DNA of 64,000 nt from Patescibacteria group bacterium (GCA_022711335.1 JAKLFF010000001.1:323016-387015), one strand, 5' to 3'. Counted from the stretch's first letter, positions 9,710 to 19,675 are shown. The notes: generated from the sequence alone by a model not told the origin. Translations and numbers: made by a program.

Positions 9710-9928
9710 TTAATCGGCATAGTCATCGCCCAATAATGCTCTCTTGTGAGCTTCTCTGGCTTGAGCTAAGGTTTCGAATTTTTTTCCCGAATAACATTCT
9801 TTCCATTTTGATGAAAAAGGCTCCTCAAGGCTTTCAATCTTTTTTGTTTCCGCATTATAGCGAAATTTGACAAAGGAACTGCGACTAAGTTGCATTTCTC
9901 CCAGCCCGAAATATTTTTTCTCTGTCAT
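9710..9928 (-). CDS. 72-aa ORF inside the 16S insertion (hypothetical; could be non-coding)
   Basis: ORF only. No homing-endonuclease motif (LAGLIDADG, GIY-YIG, HNH) seen. Confidence 0.2.
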   Translation of the reverse strand: MTEKKYFGLGEMQLSRSSFVKFRYNAETKKIESLEEPFSSKWKECYSGKKFETLAQAREAHKRALLGDDYAD

Positions 9929-9990
9929 ACATCATCCTTTCTTTGCCATTAGAATTGTTGTAGACAACCTCAATTCAATCCCTAATTGAC

Positions 9991-10046
9991 TTGTCATCCT
10001 GAAATCGTTTCAGGATCTAGATGCTGAAATAAATTCAGCATGACAA
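9991..10046. repeat. Small inverted-repeat element copy A (TTGTCAT ... TCTAG ... ATGACAA, two internal hairpins)
   Basis: TTGTCATCCTGAAATCGTTTCAGGATCTAGATGCTGAAATAAATTCAGCATGACAA. The 7-bp terminal inverted repeats and the TCTAG core are shared with 35234-35313. Confidence 0.5.
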
Positions 10047-10320
10047 AGCCACCAAACAATAGTGAGACACAATTTCTTCCCGATTAAAAGCGGTTTACAA
10101 CCCAAGGGCCTTCATCCCGCACGCGGCGTCGCTCCATCAGGCTTTCGCCCATTGTGGAATATTCTCGACTGCAGCCACCCGTAGGTGTTTGGACAGTGTC
10201 TCAGTTCCAATGTTGGGGGTCACGCTCTCACGTCCCCTACCCGTCATAGCCTTGGTGAGCCTTTACCTCACCAACAAGCTGATAGGACACAGGCCGCTCT
10301 CTAAGCGCTGTATACAGCGC

Positions 10321-10452
10321 AAAAATTCGAAATTTGAATATCGAAATCCAAAACAAATTCAAATACTTAAATTCAAATGTCCAAAACATAGTTGTTTTGA
10401 ATTTTGAAAATTAGAATTTTGATATTGTTTAGAATTTCGAATTTCGCGCTTC
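10321..10452 (-). repeat. ~130-nt AT-rich hairpin insertion in the 16S 5' domain (copy 2 of the element at 8636-8830)
   Basis: The core CGAAATCCAAAACAAATTCAAATA...GTTGTTTTGAATTTTGAAAATTAGAATTTTGA...TTCGAATTTCG is shared with 8680-8800. Confidence 0.5.
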
Positions 10453-10603
10453 GGATTTCTGTGCTATATACGGCTTTACTTCGTAAAGCTTATCATGTAT
10501 TATTTCTCCTTTCGAAGAATTATTCATGACTTAGAGGTACGTTCCTATGCATTACTAACCCGTTTGCCATGGGCCTAAACCCATGCGACTTGCATGCCTT
10601 ATC

Positions 10604-10643
<40 letters not shown>

Positions 10644-11198
10644 AATGAAAATCGAAATTTCAAATCGCGAAGCGATGCAGAAATTTCGCTAGTTTCATTA
10701 GACTCCGTGATTCCGCGGAGCGGAATTTTACGGGGTCAAAAAACCAGATATTAAAAGAAAATAAATTCTTTGAGTTCCCGACGCAAAGGTCGGGATAAAT
10801 TGAATAGACTCTAATTGTCCGATCCCGCTTAGCGGGACCAGACGAGGACTAATCGCAAAAAATTGTGATTTACCCCGTGATCGCGTGCGCGATTTTACGG
10901 GGTTTCGTCCAAATCTTTCCAATGACTTAAAAAGATTTGAACTATTTAATTTTAAAAGTTCTTGCTTTTTGTGTCGAACCGTTTGACAAGCTCACAGCGA
11001 ACAAAAAACACATCCTTATGCGCAATTTTATTACACGCAAGGATGTATTTTATATCACCCGAATTTTAAAGTAATTTTGAGCCTTTAATTACTGCCGTTT
11101 TGGTCTTAAATAATTATATGCAACTCGTGATATCTATATTAGCAAATACACAAATGCTGTCAACCCCTAATTTTATCATCTTAAAAAATACGTTAAAT

Positions 11199-12452
11199 TT
11201 AAACTTCAAGCTCATTGCTCCTACAAATTTTAGCGTATTTTAAGGCGCTTGGGCGAATCTTTCTTTCTAGCGTTTTATAATCAACTTCGACTAATCCAAA
11301 CCGCGGCCAGAATCCCTTGTCCCATTCAAAATTATCCAGTAGCGACCAATAAAAATATCCGCGTACATCAGCTCCATCTTGAATTGCTCTTTGCATTTCC
11401 CAAAGATGGTGAAAAATAAAACTTTGGCGTTTGGAATCATCCGCATCCGCCAAGCCGTTTTCGGTGATATATATCGGCAAATTATGCTCTTTGAGTTTGT
11501 TGATTATGCGATAAATCCCATGGGGGAAAATTTCCCAATTCATATCCGTTACCGGCAAATGTTCTGTCCTCACTTTCTTAGGAAACCGGAAACGGTTATG
11601 AAAATAATATTGCACCGTCAAAAAATCATTATATCCTTCGGTCAAATTAAGCATTCTCCGATTTGTCAGATATTTTCCGATCCTGACCATCAGCTCATCC
11701 AAAAACCATTTTCTTCTGTAAGGCTCAAAAGAATGGAGAATATTGGCAAAGCCGACTTGCGCATCTGGACAATTTTTATGGATAATTTCATAAGCCCTGA
11801 TATGAGAGCGCGCAAAGATTTTATAAAGCCTCCAGGCTTTTAAAATATTTTTTTTCTGCGGAGGCCATACTCCCGTCAAATAAGAACTGGCAATAACAGA
11901 TGTCGGCTCGTTCAAAGTTATCCAAAATTTTACTTCTTTTCCCAATTTTTTTGCCACATATTCGGAGTATTTGGAAAAATATTCAGGAAATTTCCGGCTT
12001 TCGCACCCGCCTTTTTTTTCCAGCCACAAAGGAATTGTCCAGTGCCAAAGTGTTACAAACGGTTCCATCCCCCGGTTTTTTATAGCTTGGATTACTTTTC
12101 GGTAATGTTCGACTTCCCGCTCATCGAATTTTCCTTCTTCCGGCTCAATTCTCGACCACTCAACGGAAAAACGATGGGCGTTATGGCCCAGTTCTTTCGC
12201 AATATCAAGGTCATTTTCGTATCGATTATAGTGATCGCAAGCCCGGCCGGAAACATAATTTTCCGAATTAAACATTTCCGGAAATTTGTCTTGCTGCCAT
12301 TTTTCCCATTTGCTTCCTGCTTCTTTGGCAAGCCTTTCGGCGTTGGCTTTCTCCCATTCGCTCCAATCGTTCCGGTTTCCACCCTCAACCTGATGCGCAG
12401 AAGTCGCCGCGCCCCATAAAAAATTATCTGGGAATTTTAGCTTTTCCGACAT
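11199..12452 (-). CDS. Glycoside hydrolase family 1 beta-glucosidase
   Basis: GH1 catalytic motifs TLNEP (acid/base Glu) and ITENG (nucleophile Glu), plus N-terminal WGAATSAHQVEG. Confidence 0.85.
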   Translation of the reverse strand: MSEKLKFPDNFLWGAATSAHQVEGGNRNDWSEWEKANAERLAKEAGSKWEKWQQDKFPEMFNSENYVSGRACDHYNRYENDLDIAKELGHNAHRFSVEWSRIEPEEGKFDEREVEHYRKVIQAIKNRGMEPFVTLWHWTIPLWLEKKGGCESRKFPEYFSKYSEYVAKKLGKEVKFWITLNEPTSVIASSYLTGVWPPQKKNILKAWRLYKIFARSHIRAYEIIHKNCPDAQVGFANILHSFEPYRRKWFLDELMVRIGKYLTNRRMLNLTEGYNDFLTVQYYFHNRFRFPKKVRTEHLPVTDMNWEIFPHGIYRIINKLKEHNLPIYITENGLADADDSKRQSFIFHHLWEMQRAIQDGADVRGYFYWSLLDNFEWDKGFWPRFGLVEVDYKTLERKIRPSALKYAKICRSNELEV

Positions 12453-12694
12453 TTGCTTTTTATGAATAAAATTAAAGTGTATAAGACTGAAATCACAAGC
12501 AACCCGGCTGACAATAACGCCAAAATAAAAGCCACTCCTTCTTCAAAATGAAACACAGCATAGATCACATTATGCAAAACCGCAAAAATAAAAAATAGAG
12601 CAAGAAAAAGCAAAGATAATTTAAGCCATTTTTTCATTTTTATTTTTTGAAACTTTAAGCCGCTTTTTTCCGAACTAAAAAAATTACAAAGCAC
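12437..12694 (-). CDS. Small membrane protein (2 TM), hypothetical
   Basis: ORF with two hydrophobic helices. Overlaps the GH1 start by 16 nt. Confidence 0.3.
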   Translation of the reverse strand: MLCNFFSSEKSGLKFQKIKMKKWLKLSLLFLALFFIFAVLHNVIYAVFHFEEGVAFILALLSAGLLVISVLYTLILFIKSKCRKS

Positions 12695-12761
12695 ATCCAG
12701 TTTTTTTGATCAGACATTTTTTCAGCTGCTCGCTGAATTTTTCCGTTTTTTCAAAAGACAT

Positions 12762-14033
12762 TTAATTTTTCTCTATTTTTTCCATCCCATCCGGTATAAA
12801 TGGTTTCAAGACTTCCGGAATCAATACACTGCCATCGGCTTGCTGGTAGTTTTCGATGATAGCAATTAAGGCGCGGGAGATAGCAACGGCTGTGCCGTTT
12901 AGCATATGCAGATATTCTTTTTTGCCGTCTTTTCGCTCAACTTTCACATTTAATCTCCTGGCTTGATAGGAAGTGGTGTCAGAAGTGGAAGTTACTTCTC
13001 CCCAGTCATTTCTTGACGTCATCCAGGCTTCCAAGTCATATTTCCTTTGCGCCGGTCCGCCAAGATCGCCAGTGCAAATGTCAACAACACGGAAAGGCAC
13101 GCCCAAGTCTTTGAAAATTTCCACTTCGAGATTTTTTATTTCCGTATGCATCTTTTCACTTTCTTCAGGCAAGGTATAAGCAAACATTTCCACTTTGGTG
13201 AATTGATGGACACGGTATAACCCGGCGCTGTGGCGACCATAAGATCCGGCTTCGGTCCGATAGCAATGGGAAAGTGCGACATATTTTAAAGGTAATTTAT
13301 CTTCCGGAATTACTTCGTCCATATGATATCCTCCCATGGTGATTTCAGCTGTTCCGACTAAATTTAGATCGGTATTTTCCACTGAATAAATCTGCGTTTC
13401 TGCTCCGCGTGGGTTGTATCCGATGCCAAGCAGAACCTTATCCTTGGCCAGATCCGGCGTAGAAAAAGGAACGAGTCCTTTTTTAACCAGTTTTTGAAAA
13501 GCAAAATTAATAAGCGCCTGTTCTAGAAAAACACCCTCATTTTTGAGAAAATAAAATTTTGATCCGGCCACTTTTGCACCTCTTTCGAAATCGATTATAT
13601 CTAAATTAACCATCAACTCTTCATGCCCTTTTGGCTCAAAATCAAATTTTGGCGGTTCGCCGTATCTTTCGATTTCCTTGTTCTCACTGTCGTCTTTTCC
13701 AACAGGAGAATCCGGATGAGTCATGTTAGGAACTTGGAGGAGCAATTCGCGATATTCTTTTTCAATATTTTCCAACTCCGGTTCAGCTGCCCCCAATTTT
13801 TCTTTCACTGCTTTTCCCTGCTCAATAAGCGATTTGCGTTCATCATCTTTCGCTGATTGAATAAGATCATTAAGTTTATTTTTTTCCGCTTTCAGTTCCT
13901 CAATGTATTGAAGTGATTTTTTACGCTTGCTATCTAGACTTAAAAGTTCGCCTACATCGCATTTTATATTTCTCAATTCGCAGTTTTTTTTGACCGCCTC
14001 CGCATTCTCACGGATATATTTTATGTCTAACAT
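12762..14033 (-). CDS. serS: Seryl-tRNA synthetase
   Basis: N-terminal coiled-coil arm, class II aaRS motifs and SerRS-typical length (423 aa). Confidence 0.9.
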   Translation of the reverse strand: MLDIKYIRENAEAVKKNCELRNIKCDVGELLSLDSKRKKSLQYIEELKAEKNKLNDLIQSAKDDERKSLIEQGKAVKEKLGAAEPELENIEKEYRELLLQVPNMTHPDSPVGKDDSENKEIERYGEPPKFDFEPKGHEELMVNLDIIDFERGAKVAGSKFYFLKNEGVFLEQALINFAFQKLVKKGLVPFSTPDLAKDKVLLGIGYNPRGAETQIYSVENTDLNLVGTAEITMGGYHMDEVIPEDKLPLKYVALSHCYRTEAGSYGRHSAGLYRVHQFTKVEMFAYTLPEESEKMHTEIKNLEVEIFKDLGVPFRVVDICTGDLGGPAQRKYDLEAWMTSRNDWGEVTSTSDTTSYQARRLNVKVERKDGKKEYLHMLNGTAVAISRALIAIIENYQQADGSVLIPEVLKPFIPDGMEKIEKN

Positions 14034-14230
14034 AAATTTAAATTGTTTAATGGTTAAATGATTAAAAACACAGTAAAATTAGCTTATTTCTGTAATCTAA
14101 ATATATCACGCCATACAAAATTTATCCAGTATTTCCATCATTTGTAATTCTTATATTCGTACTTAATTCGTAATTCGTAGAGAAAACAAAAAGGCCGCCG
14201 GAGAAAATTTCTCCAGCAGCCCGGTAAACA

Positions 14231-14470
14231 TTATCCAAACAAGACCTCCTTTTCGGCAGCTTCTATTTCCTTTCGCACTGCATTCGCAAGAAGCTTGCCT
14301 CTAGCCATTTCTATATCCTTAATGGCCATCGAAAGAGGCCTCCTTCTTTGGACAAGAAGGACTAGAATTGCCAGACAGCGCCTAATGTCTTGTTGAGTAA
14401 ATTCTTTAACACTGTCCTGGCAATCCCCGAGCTCTGAATATGAATATTTTCTTTCATTGTCCAGCGGCAT
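14231..14470 (-). CDS. Small protein (78 aa), third gene of the GC-rich small-gene cassette
   Basis: Start ATG at 14468-14470 is preceded by AGGAGGAAG-ACG. A downstream intrinsic terminator (GGAGAAAtTTTCTCC plus T-run, rc of 14190-14225) follows. The track's TTG-start version is 94 aa. Confidence 0.4.
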   Translation of the reverse strand: MPLDNERKYSYSELGDCQDSVKEFTQQDIRRCLAILVLLVQRRRPLSMAIKDIEMARGKLLANAVRKEIEAAEKEVLFG

Positions 14471-14633
14471 CGTCTTCCTCCTGTTTTGAAAACATGGCAT
14501 TTTTTTGATATTCAAGAATCCTTTTCCAGGTTCCCGGCTTTGAGTTTATGATTTGCAACAGTCCGCCCAGCGATAATGGCTTATGCTGCCGTTCCATCCA
14601 ACCCTTCTTCGCTTGTCTAATATTGTATGCCAT
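14454..14633 (-). CDS. Small protein (59 aa), middle gene of the cassette; below the ORF-track cutoff
   Basis: Its ATG overlaps the upstream stop as TAATG (rc 14631-14635). Protein: MAYNIRQAKKGWMERQHKPLSLGGLLQIINSKPGTWKRILEYQKNAMFSKQEEDDAAGQ. Confidence 0.35.
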   Translation of the reverse strand: MAYNIRQAKKGWMERQHKPLSLGGLLQIINSKPGTWKRILEYQKNAMFSKQEEDDAAGQ

Positions 14634-14851
14634 TATATCTCCCTCCCTAATAATCTTAATATAATTTCAGCTTCTCTTCTGGCAACTGCCCCGTATTTTC
14701 TGTAAATATGCGCCAGCGCTTCTTCAATTGGCCGGCCATCTTCTGCGCACTTCCGGAGATGCAGTTTGATTATTTCTGTCCTGAAAGCAGGACAATAAAA
14801 AAGATCGGCCAGAAAACTTTCTTCCATGCAGCCCAAAGTATGCAAAGACAT
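14633..14851 (-). CDS. Small protein (72 aa) with a C-terminal sigma-70 region-4-like HTH; first gene of the cassette
   Basis: Perfect SD AAAGGAGGG 5 nt upstream. Sigma-70-like promoter TTGACT-17-TATATA upstream (rc of ~14880-14915). C-terminal PIEEALAHIYRKYGAVARREAEIILRL resembles the region-4 HTH. Confidence 0.4.
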   Translation of the reverse strand: MSLHTLGCMEESFLADLFYCPAFRTEIIKLHLRKCAEDGRPIEEALAHIYRKYGAVARREAEIILRLLGREI

Positions 14852-14946
14852 AAAGACCCTCCTTTCTTCACTATTGAAAGAACATTATCCTTTTAAATTT
14901 AAACAAGTTATATTTCTATATATATTTTTTACTCTCAAAAGTCAAA

Positions 14947-16395
14947 TTATTTCTCCTTCACCGGCTGAAAAATGATTGTTTCCCGAATTGATTTATTCAT
15001 TATGAAGGCAAAAAATCGTTCGCTCATGCCAAAGCCGAAAGCCGGCGGCATGCCATATTCCAAAGCTTCTACAAAATCTTCATCCATCATCTGCGCTTCG
15101 GCGTCTCCGGCTTCACGGGCCTTCATCTGCTCCAAAAACCGGTTTTTTTGGTCGATCGGATCATTGAGCTCGGAAAAGGCATTGCAAAGTTCGGACCCTC
15201 CCGCCACAATCTGGAAGCGCAGAACTTTTTTGGGATTTTTGGGATCAATTTTTGAAAGAGGCGAAACTTCCAAGGGATGGCCGACAAGAAAACACGGCTG
15301 GATCAGTTTCTTGCGCACGGTTTTCTTATAGATCGTATCGATCATCCGCCCTTTGCCATAATTCGGCTCATATTTTATCCCTAATTCGTCCGCTTTTTTC
15401 TTTAGCGTTTCTAAGGTTATTTCTTTTTTTAAATCTATTCCGGTCTCTTTCTTGAATTCCTTGAAATAATCAACTGCCGGAAATTTCTTTTTCCAGTCTA
15501 TTTTTTCGCCATTATGTTCAGTTTCCAAACTGCCGGTTATTTCCAAAACAATTTTTTTAAACATCTTCTCGGAAAACTTCATCCCCTTTTTGAGATCCCA
15601 ATAAGCCGCATAAAATTCCATATGCTCAAACTCCTGAAGATGTTCGCGATCTATTCCTTCGTTTCGAAAAACCCGCCCGATTTCAAAAACCTTTTCATAA
15701 CCGCCGACCAAAAGCCTTTTCAACGGAAGCTCCAAAGAAATGCGCAGAAAAAAATCCTGGTTGAGAGCATTGTGATGCGTCAAAAATGGTTCGGCTTCGG
15801 CGCCTCCCGGAATATGCTCAAGCACCGGAGTCTGCACTTCCAAAAAATCATCTTTTACCAAAAAATGCCTTACAGTATGCCAAAAAAGTCTCTTTTTCCG
15901 GAAAAGTTCCCGTGTTTCCGGATTCATCATTAAATCCAAATATCTTCGACGCAATAATTCTTCCGTATCTTTCAAACCAAAATATTCAGTCGGAATCGGC
16001 CGCATGTTTTTGGACAGCATTTTCCAGCTTTTCACATTTAAAGTCTTTTCTTCCGTTCTGGTCTTAAAAAGATTTCCCGCTACTTCAATAAAGTCGCCTA
16101 TTTCCACCGAACTCGCGAACAAATAAAATTCTTTCCCGTCCAAATTCTGTTTGTTCAAAAATATTTGGATTTTACCGCTGCCGTCTTCAATGTGGGCAAA
16201 GATAGCGTTCCCCATCGGCCGAAAAGATTTAACTCTCCCGACCAGATGAATTTCACTCGCAGTGAGCTTGTCGAACTGTTCTAGGGCCTTCGAATTTGTC
16301 ATGGAACGCTCCGTTTTTTCCGGATAAGCTTCCATTTCGGATTTTTTTATATTTTCCAGCTTGTCCAGCTTGGTTTTTTGTATATCCTCGCGCAT
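14947..16395 (-). CDS. lysS: Lysyl-tRNA synthetase, class II
   Basis: N-terminal OB anticodon-binding domain, class II motifs (FRNEG..., GGxExxxAxxEL-like C-terminus), 482 aa. Confidence 0.9.
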   Translation of the reverse strand: MREDIQKTKLDKLENIKKSEMEAYPEKTERSMTNSKALEQFDKLTASEIHLVGRVKSFRPMGNAIFAHIEDGSGKIQIFLNKQNLDGKEFYLFASSVEIGDFIEVAGNLFKTRTEEKTLNVKSWKMLSKNMRPIPTEYFGLKDTEELLRRRYLDLMMNPETRELFRKKRLFWHTVRHFLVKDDFLEVQTPVLEHIPGGAEAEPFLTHHNALNQDFFLRISLELPLKRLLVGGYEKVFEIGRVFRNEGIDREHLQEFEHMEFYAAYWDLKKGMKFSEKMFKKIVLEITGSLETEHNGEKIDWKKKFPAVDYFKEFKKETGIDLKKEITLETLKKKADELGIKYEPNYGKGRMIDTIYKKTVRKKLIQPCFLVGHPLEVSPLSKIDPKNPKKVLRFQIVAGGSELCNAFSELNDPIDQKNRFLEQMKAREAGDAEAQMMDEDFVEALEYGMPPAFGFGMSERFFAFIMNKSIRETIIFQPVKEK

Positions 16396-16630
16396 AGATT
16401 TTTATAATATTAAAGCATTTAAGGTATTTTTATTGTAATTTAAAAAACAGTGGGTGTCCACTGATTCAAATAATATATTCCGCCATTGCGAAATAGAAAG
16501 AGCTAGCTTTCTAAGTATTCAATTTATAATTCAGCCTTGCGAAATGCGCCGCAACAAATTCAAGCGAAACGAGCGTTAAGAAATTTATCCTGTTTGATCC
16601 GCCAGCTGGCAAAGAGTAACCAGCCAAAAA

Positions 16631-17089
16631 TTATTTCACATCCAAAATCGCATAATTAACTTTTCCGCCTGGCGTGTCTACTTCCACTTTATCCCCCTTA
16701 GCATGTCCCATAAAAGCCTTTCCCATCGGCGATTCATTGGATATTTTGAATTCTCCCGGATTGGCTTCATTGGAACCAACTATTTGAAATTCCATTTCAG
16801 AGCCGTTGAATTTGACTTTCACGCTTGATCCCATCTGAACTATTCCGCCATTGGATTTGTTATATGAGACTACGGTCGATTCTTTGAGAGTATATTCAAG
16901 CTCGGCAATCCTGGCTTCGTTTTCCGCCTGCTGATGTTTGGCTTCTGAATATTCCGCATTTTCGCTAAGATCTCCCTGTTCCTTAGCTTCCTTAATCGCA
17001 TTGGCAATGCCCTGTCGAATTGTTGTCTTTCTTTTTGAAAGCTCTTCTTTAATTTTTCTAAGCCCTTCTTCGGTTATGAATTTTGCCAT
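16631..17089 (-). CDS. greA: Transcription elongation factor GreA
   Basis: N-terminal coiled coil with conserved acidic residues (DLSENAEY) and C-terminal FKBP-like domain. 152 aa. Confidence 0.85.
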   Translation of the reverse strand: MAKFITEEGLRKIKEELSKRKTTIRQGIANAIKEAKEQGDLSENAEYSEAKHQQAENEARIAELEYTLKESTVVSYNKSNGGIVQMGSSVKVKFNGSEMEFQIVGSNEANPGEFKISNESPMGKAFMGHAKGDKVEVDTPGGKVNYAILDVK

Positions 17090-17219
17090 AACTATTTTTT
17101 TATTTTTTTAAAAAATTACCCGAAATGCGGATAACAGAGGGAATTGTAGCAGAAAAAAAAATCATGTCAAACAGACCATCGACCCGCGCTTGATTTTAGG
17201 GCGCAAAAAACATCGCTCA

Positions 17220-19112
17220 TTATTTCTGACTTTGGGAAAAATACCATTCATAGACTTCTTTCGTTACCGGCACAGCACTGGAATGCCCTTCTCCTCCGCC
17301 TTCCACCAGCACTACCATGGCAATTTCCGGATTATCATATGGCGCAAAAGAAGTGAACCAGGCATGCGTTTTATCTTCTGTTCCGAATTGAGCCGTTCCG
17401 GTTTTTCCCGCCACAGCTACCGGCAAATTTTTGAGCGTCTGGGCCGTTCCTGATTCCACCGTCTGGCGCATTCCTTCCCGAACAACATCCATGGCGCTTT
17501 TTGAAATAAAGCCGCTTCGTATAATTTCAGCGCTGATTATTTTTTCCTCTCCGTCGATATTTCTCACCCGATTGACAATCCGGGGAGAATAAAGCGTTCC
17601 GCCATTGGCAATTGAAGCAGTAAAATTGGCTAGCTGAAGAGGCGTTGTCGTGATAAATCCCTGTCCGATGGCCGAATGGTAGGAATCTCCAATATACCAT
17701 TTTTCCTTAATCTTATCCAGCTTCCATTGTTCATCTGGAATAAGCCCGCTTGATTCGCCCGGGAGATCAATTCCAAGAGGGCTTCCGAACCCAAAAAGAT
17801 TTTCGTATTTTTTCATCCGATTCATTCCCAGCCCCTCAATCCCGCCGTATCCTCCGCCTATCGTGTAGAAAAAAACGTCATTGCTTTCCGCAATCGCTTG
17901 CCTAACATCACTCGGCCCGTGCGCTTTCCAGTCTCCAAAACTGAAATTTCCAATTACAAGCCGCCCTCCTAACCCGTTTATAATAGTTGACGGAGTAATA
18001 GTGCCTTCCGAAAGCGCAGCCGCGGCAATCGCAGGTTTCAAAGTCGAACCGGGGGGATATTCGCCAGAAACCACCCGGTTAAAAAGAGGAAGGTCCCTGT
18101 TCTGTATGATTTCCTTATATTCATTGTCAGTTATCCCCCTGGCAAATAAATTATTATCATAGCTCGGAAGGCTGACCATGGCCAGCACTCCTCCGGTCTG
18201 AGGATTTATCGCTACCGCCGCCGCTGTTTTCGTGCCACTTTCTTCAAGCACCGAGGAAAGGTTGTCATAGATTTTTTTCTGCAGCCCCTCATCAATATTA
18301 AGGATCAGATCGTTTCCGGATATCGGATTTACCGTTCCCAAATTCTTTTTGACCTTTCCCATTGAATCTATTTCAACCTGATATGCTCCGTATCTCCCTT
18401 TAAGCTCGCTTTCATAGCTTTTTTCTATTCCTGATTTTCCGATATAGTCAGTCATTAAATACTCCTTGTTTTTTTCTATTTCCTCCCGCGTTATTTTTCC
18501 GTCGTATCCAATCACATGCGAAAAAATCAGGCTGTTCTCGTATTTTCTTATGGCCGTTTTATACAGCATTATTCCGGGGAGTTCTTTTTCTCTTTCCAAA
18601 AATAAAAGAGACTGCTCCTGGGAAATATTTTCCTTGAGTAAAATTGCATCAAGCGATTCCTCGTCCTGGCTGGCAATAATCGCTTCGGCATTGCCCGGAT
18701 CCATATCGAGAATTTCGGCTGCGATTTTTGAAATTTTTTCTTTTCCCGAATCATCTTTAGGCAGATAATATGGAACCAAAACGGCATCGATACTGGGGAT
18801 ATTGTGAGCCAAAAAATTTCCGTATTTATCCAAAATATTCCCCCGAGGAGCATTGATAGGTATGGACCGGATCCTATTTTCCCTCGATACTTCACTGTAA
18901 TATTCGCCCCGGATGACATCCAGATAAAAAACCCGGGTTAAAATTAAAAAGAGAGAACATAGAATAAAAATCCAGATTATTTTCAATCCTTTTTTCTTAT
19001 AAGGAGTTTCGATTATGGCTTCTTCCTTTTCGGTTATTGTCATTATAGAATCCTCGATTTCCGCTCCTTTGGCCGTTCCTTTTTTTCTAAAATTGCGCTT
19101 AAAAGACAGCAT
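17220..19112 (-). CDS. mrdA: Penicillin-binding protein 2 (elongasome transpeptidase)
   Basis: N-terminal TM, dimerisation domain, transpeptidase motifs (STxK, SxN, KTG). Lies immediately downstream of mreBCD. Confidence 0.8.
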   Translation of the reverse strand: MLSFKRNFRKKGTAKGAEIEDSIMTITEKEEAIIETPYKKKGLKIIWIFILCSLFLILTRVFYLDVIRGEYYSEVSRENRIRSIPINAPRGNILDKYGNFLAHNIPSIDAVLVPYYLPKDDSGKEKISKIAAEILDMDPGNAEAIIASQDEESLDAILLKENISQEQSLLFLEREKELPGIMLYKTAIRKYENSLIFSHVIGYDGKITREEIEKNKEYLMTDYIGKSGIEKSYESELKGRYGAYQVEIDSMGKVKKNLGTVNPISGNDLILNIDEGLQKKIYDNLSSVLEESGTKTAAAVAINPQTGGVLAMVSLPSYDNNLFARGITDNEYKEIIQNRDLPLFNRVVSGEYPPGSTLKPAIAAAALSEGTITPSTIINGLGGRLVIGNFSFGDWKAHGPSDVRQAIAESNDVFFYTIGGGYGGIEGLGMNRMKKYENLFGFGSPLGIDLPGESSGLIPDEQWKLDKIKEKWYIGDSYHSAIGQGFITTTPLQLANFTASIANGGTLYSPRIVNRVRNIDGEEKIISAEIIRSGFISKSAMDVVREGMRQTVESGTAQTLKNLPVAVAGKTGTAQFGTEDKTHAWFTSFAPYDNPEIAMVVLVEGGGEGHSSAVPVTKEVYEWYFSQSQK

Positions 19113-19123
19113 AAATTTTTTAT

Positions 19124-19675
19124 TTATTTAAAAAACCTTCCCTGCATAGATTTTTTTCCGTAAAAAGACAAAAATCTTTCCAAGCCTGAAAGGGGCCAAT
19201 AAATCATCACGAATAGCAGCATATCGATCAAAATTTTCAAAAAAATCATCCGATTCCAAAAATCCGGCAAAAAAATCCCGAGCTCTAAACCCAGGCCTTT
19301 ATAGATTTTTGCAAGAATAAGCAGGATCAGGCTGTTGGCCGCACTTCCCATCGCTGAAAGAAGAAGCAAAACAAGGAGCCCCATGTTTTTCTGCGATATC
19401 GTGAATCTCCTGGCAAAAAATCCAACGCCGTAAGACACTAAGGCAAATGCGATAATATTGGTTCCCGCCGGCCAAAAATAAAATAAATCCAGCATAAAAC
19501 CGGAAAGAACAGCTTTTGGCCAGGTTTTTTCAAATCCATCCCGGGATGTCCAGAAAATAACAAGCATGAGAACTATTTCCGGAGACAATCCGCTTGGGAA
19601 CAATCTGGGAAAAACAGAAACCTGGATCACGGCAGAAAAAAATATTATAAGCAAAATTATTATTTTTTGGAACAT
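19124..19675 (-). CDS. mreD: Rod shape-determining protein MreD
   Basis: Polytopic ~180-aa membrane protein in the canonical position after mreC. Confidence 0.6.
   Translation of the reverse strand: MFQKIIILLIIFFSAVIQVSVFPRLFPSGLSPEIVLMLVIFWTSRDGFEKTWPKAVLSGFMLDLFYFWPAGTNIIAFALVSYGVGFFARRFTISQKNMGLLVLLLLSAMGSAANSLILLILAKIYKGLGLELGIFLPDFWNRMIFLKILIDMLLFVMIYWPLSGLERFLSFYGKKSMQGRFFK

Larger units (their letters stand above)
9525..10050 (-). other. ~520-nt insertion at the tip of a 16S helix (between the 519 and ~400 regions): AT-rich repeats, a 72-aa ORF, and small inverted-repeat element copy A
   Basis: Exon arms CAAATTGTGCCTCACTATTG (9504-9524) and CAATAGTGAGACACAATTT (10057-10075) are complementary and normally close a short hairpin. 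Confidence 0.5.

Noticed and set aside
10650-11000. Direct repeat GATTTTACGGGGT (10721, 10891) and several GC-rich hairpins upstream of the 16S 5' end. Considered as an inserted element.
   Set aside because: More simply explained as rRNA leader processing stems (RNase III-type helices). The repeat is short, so it is not reported as a feature.
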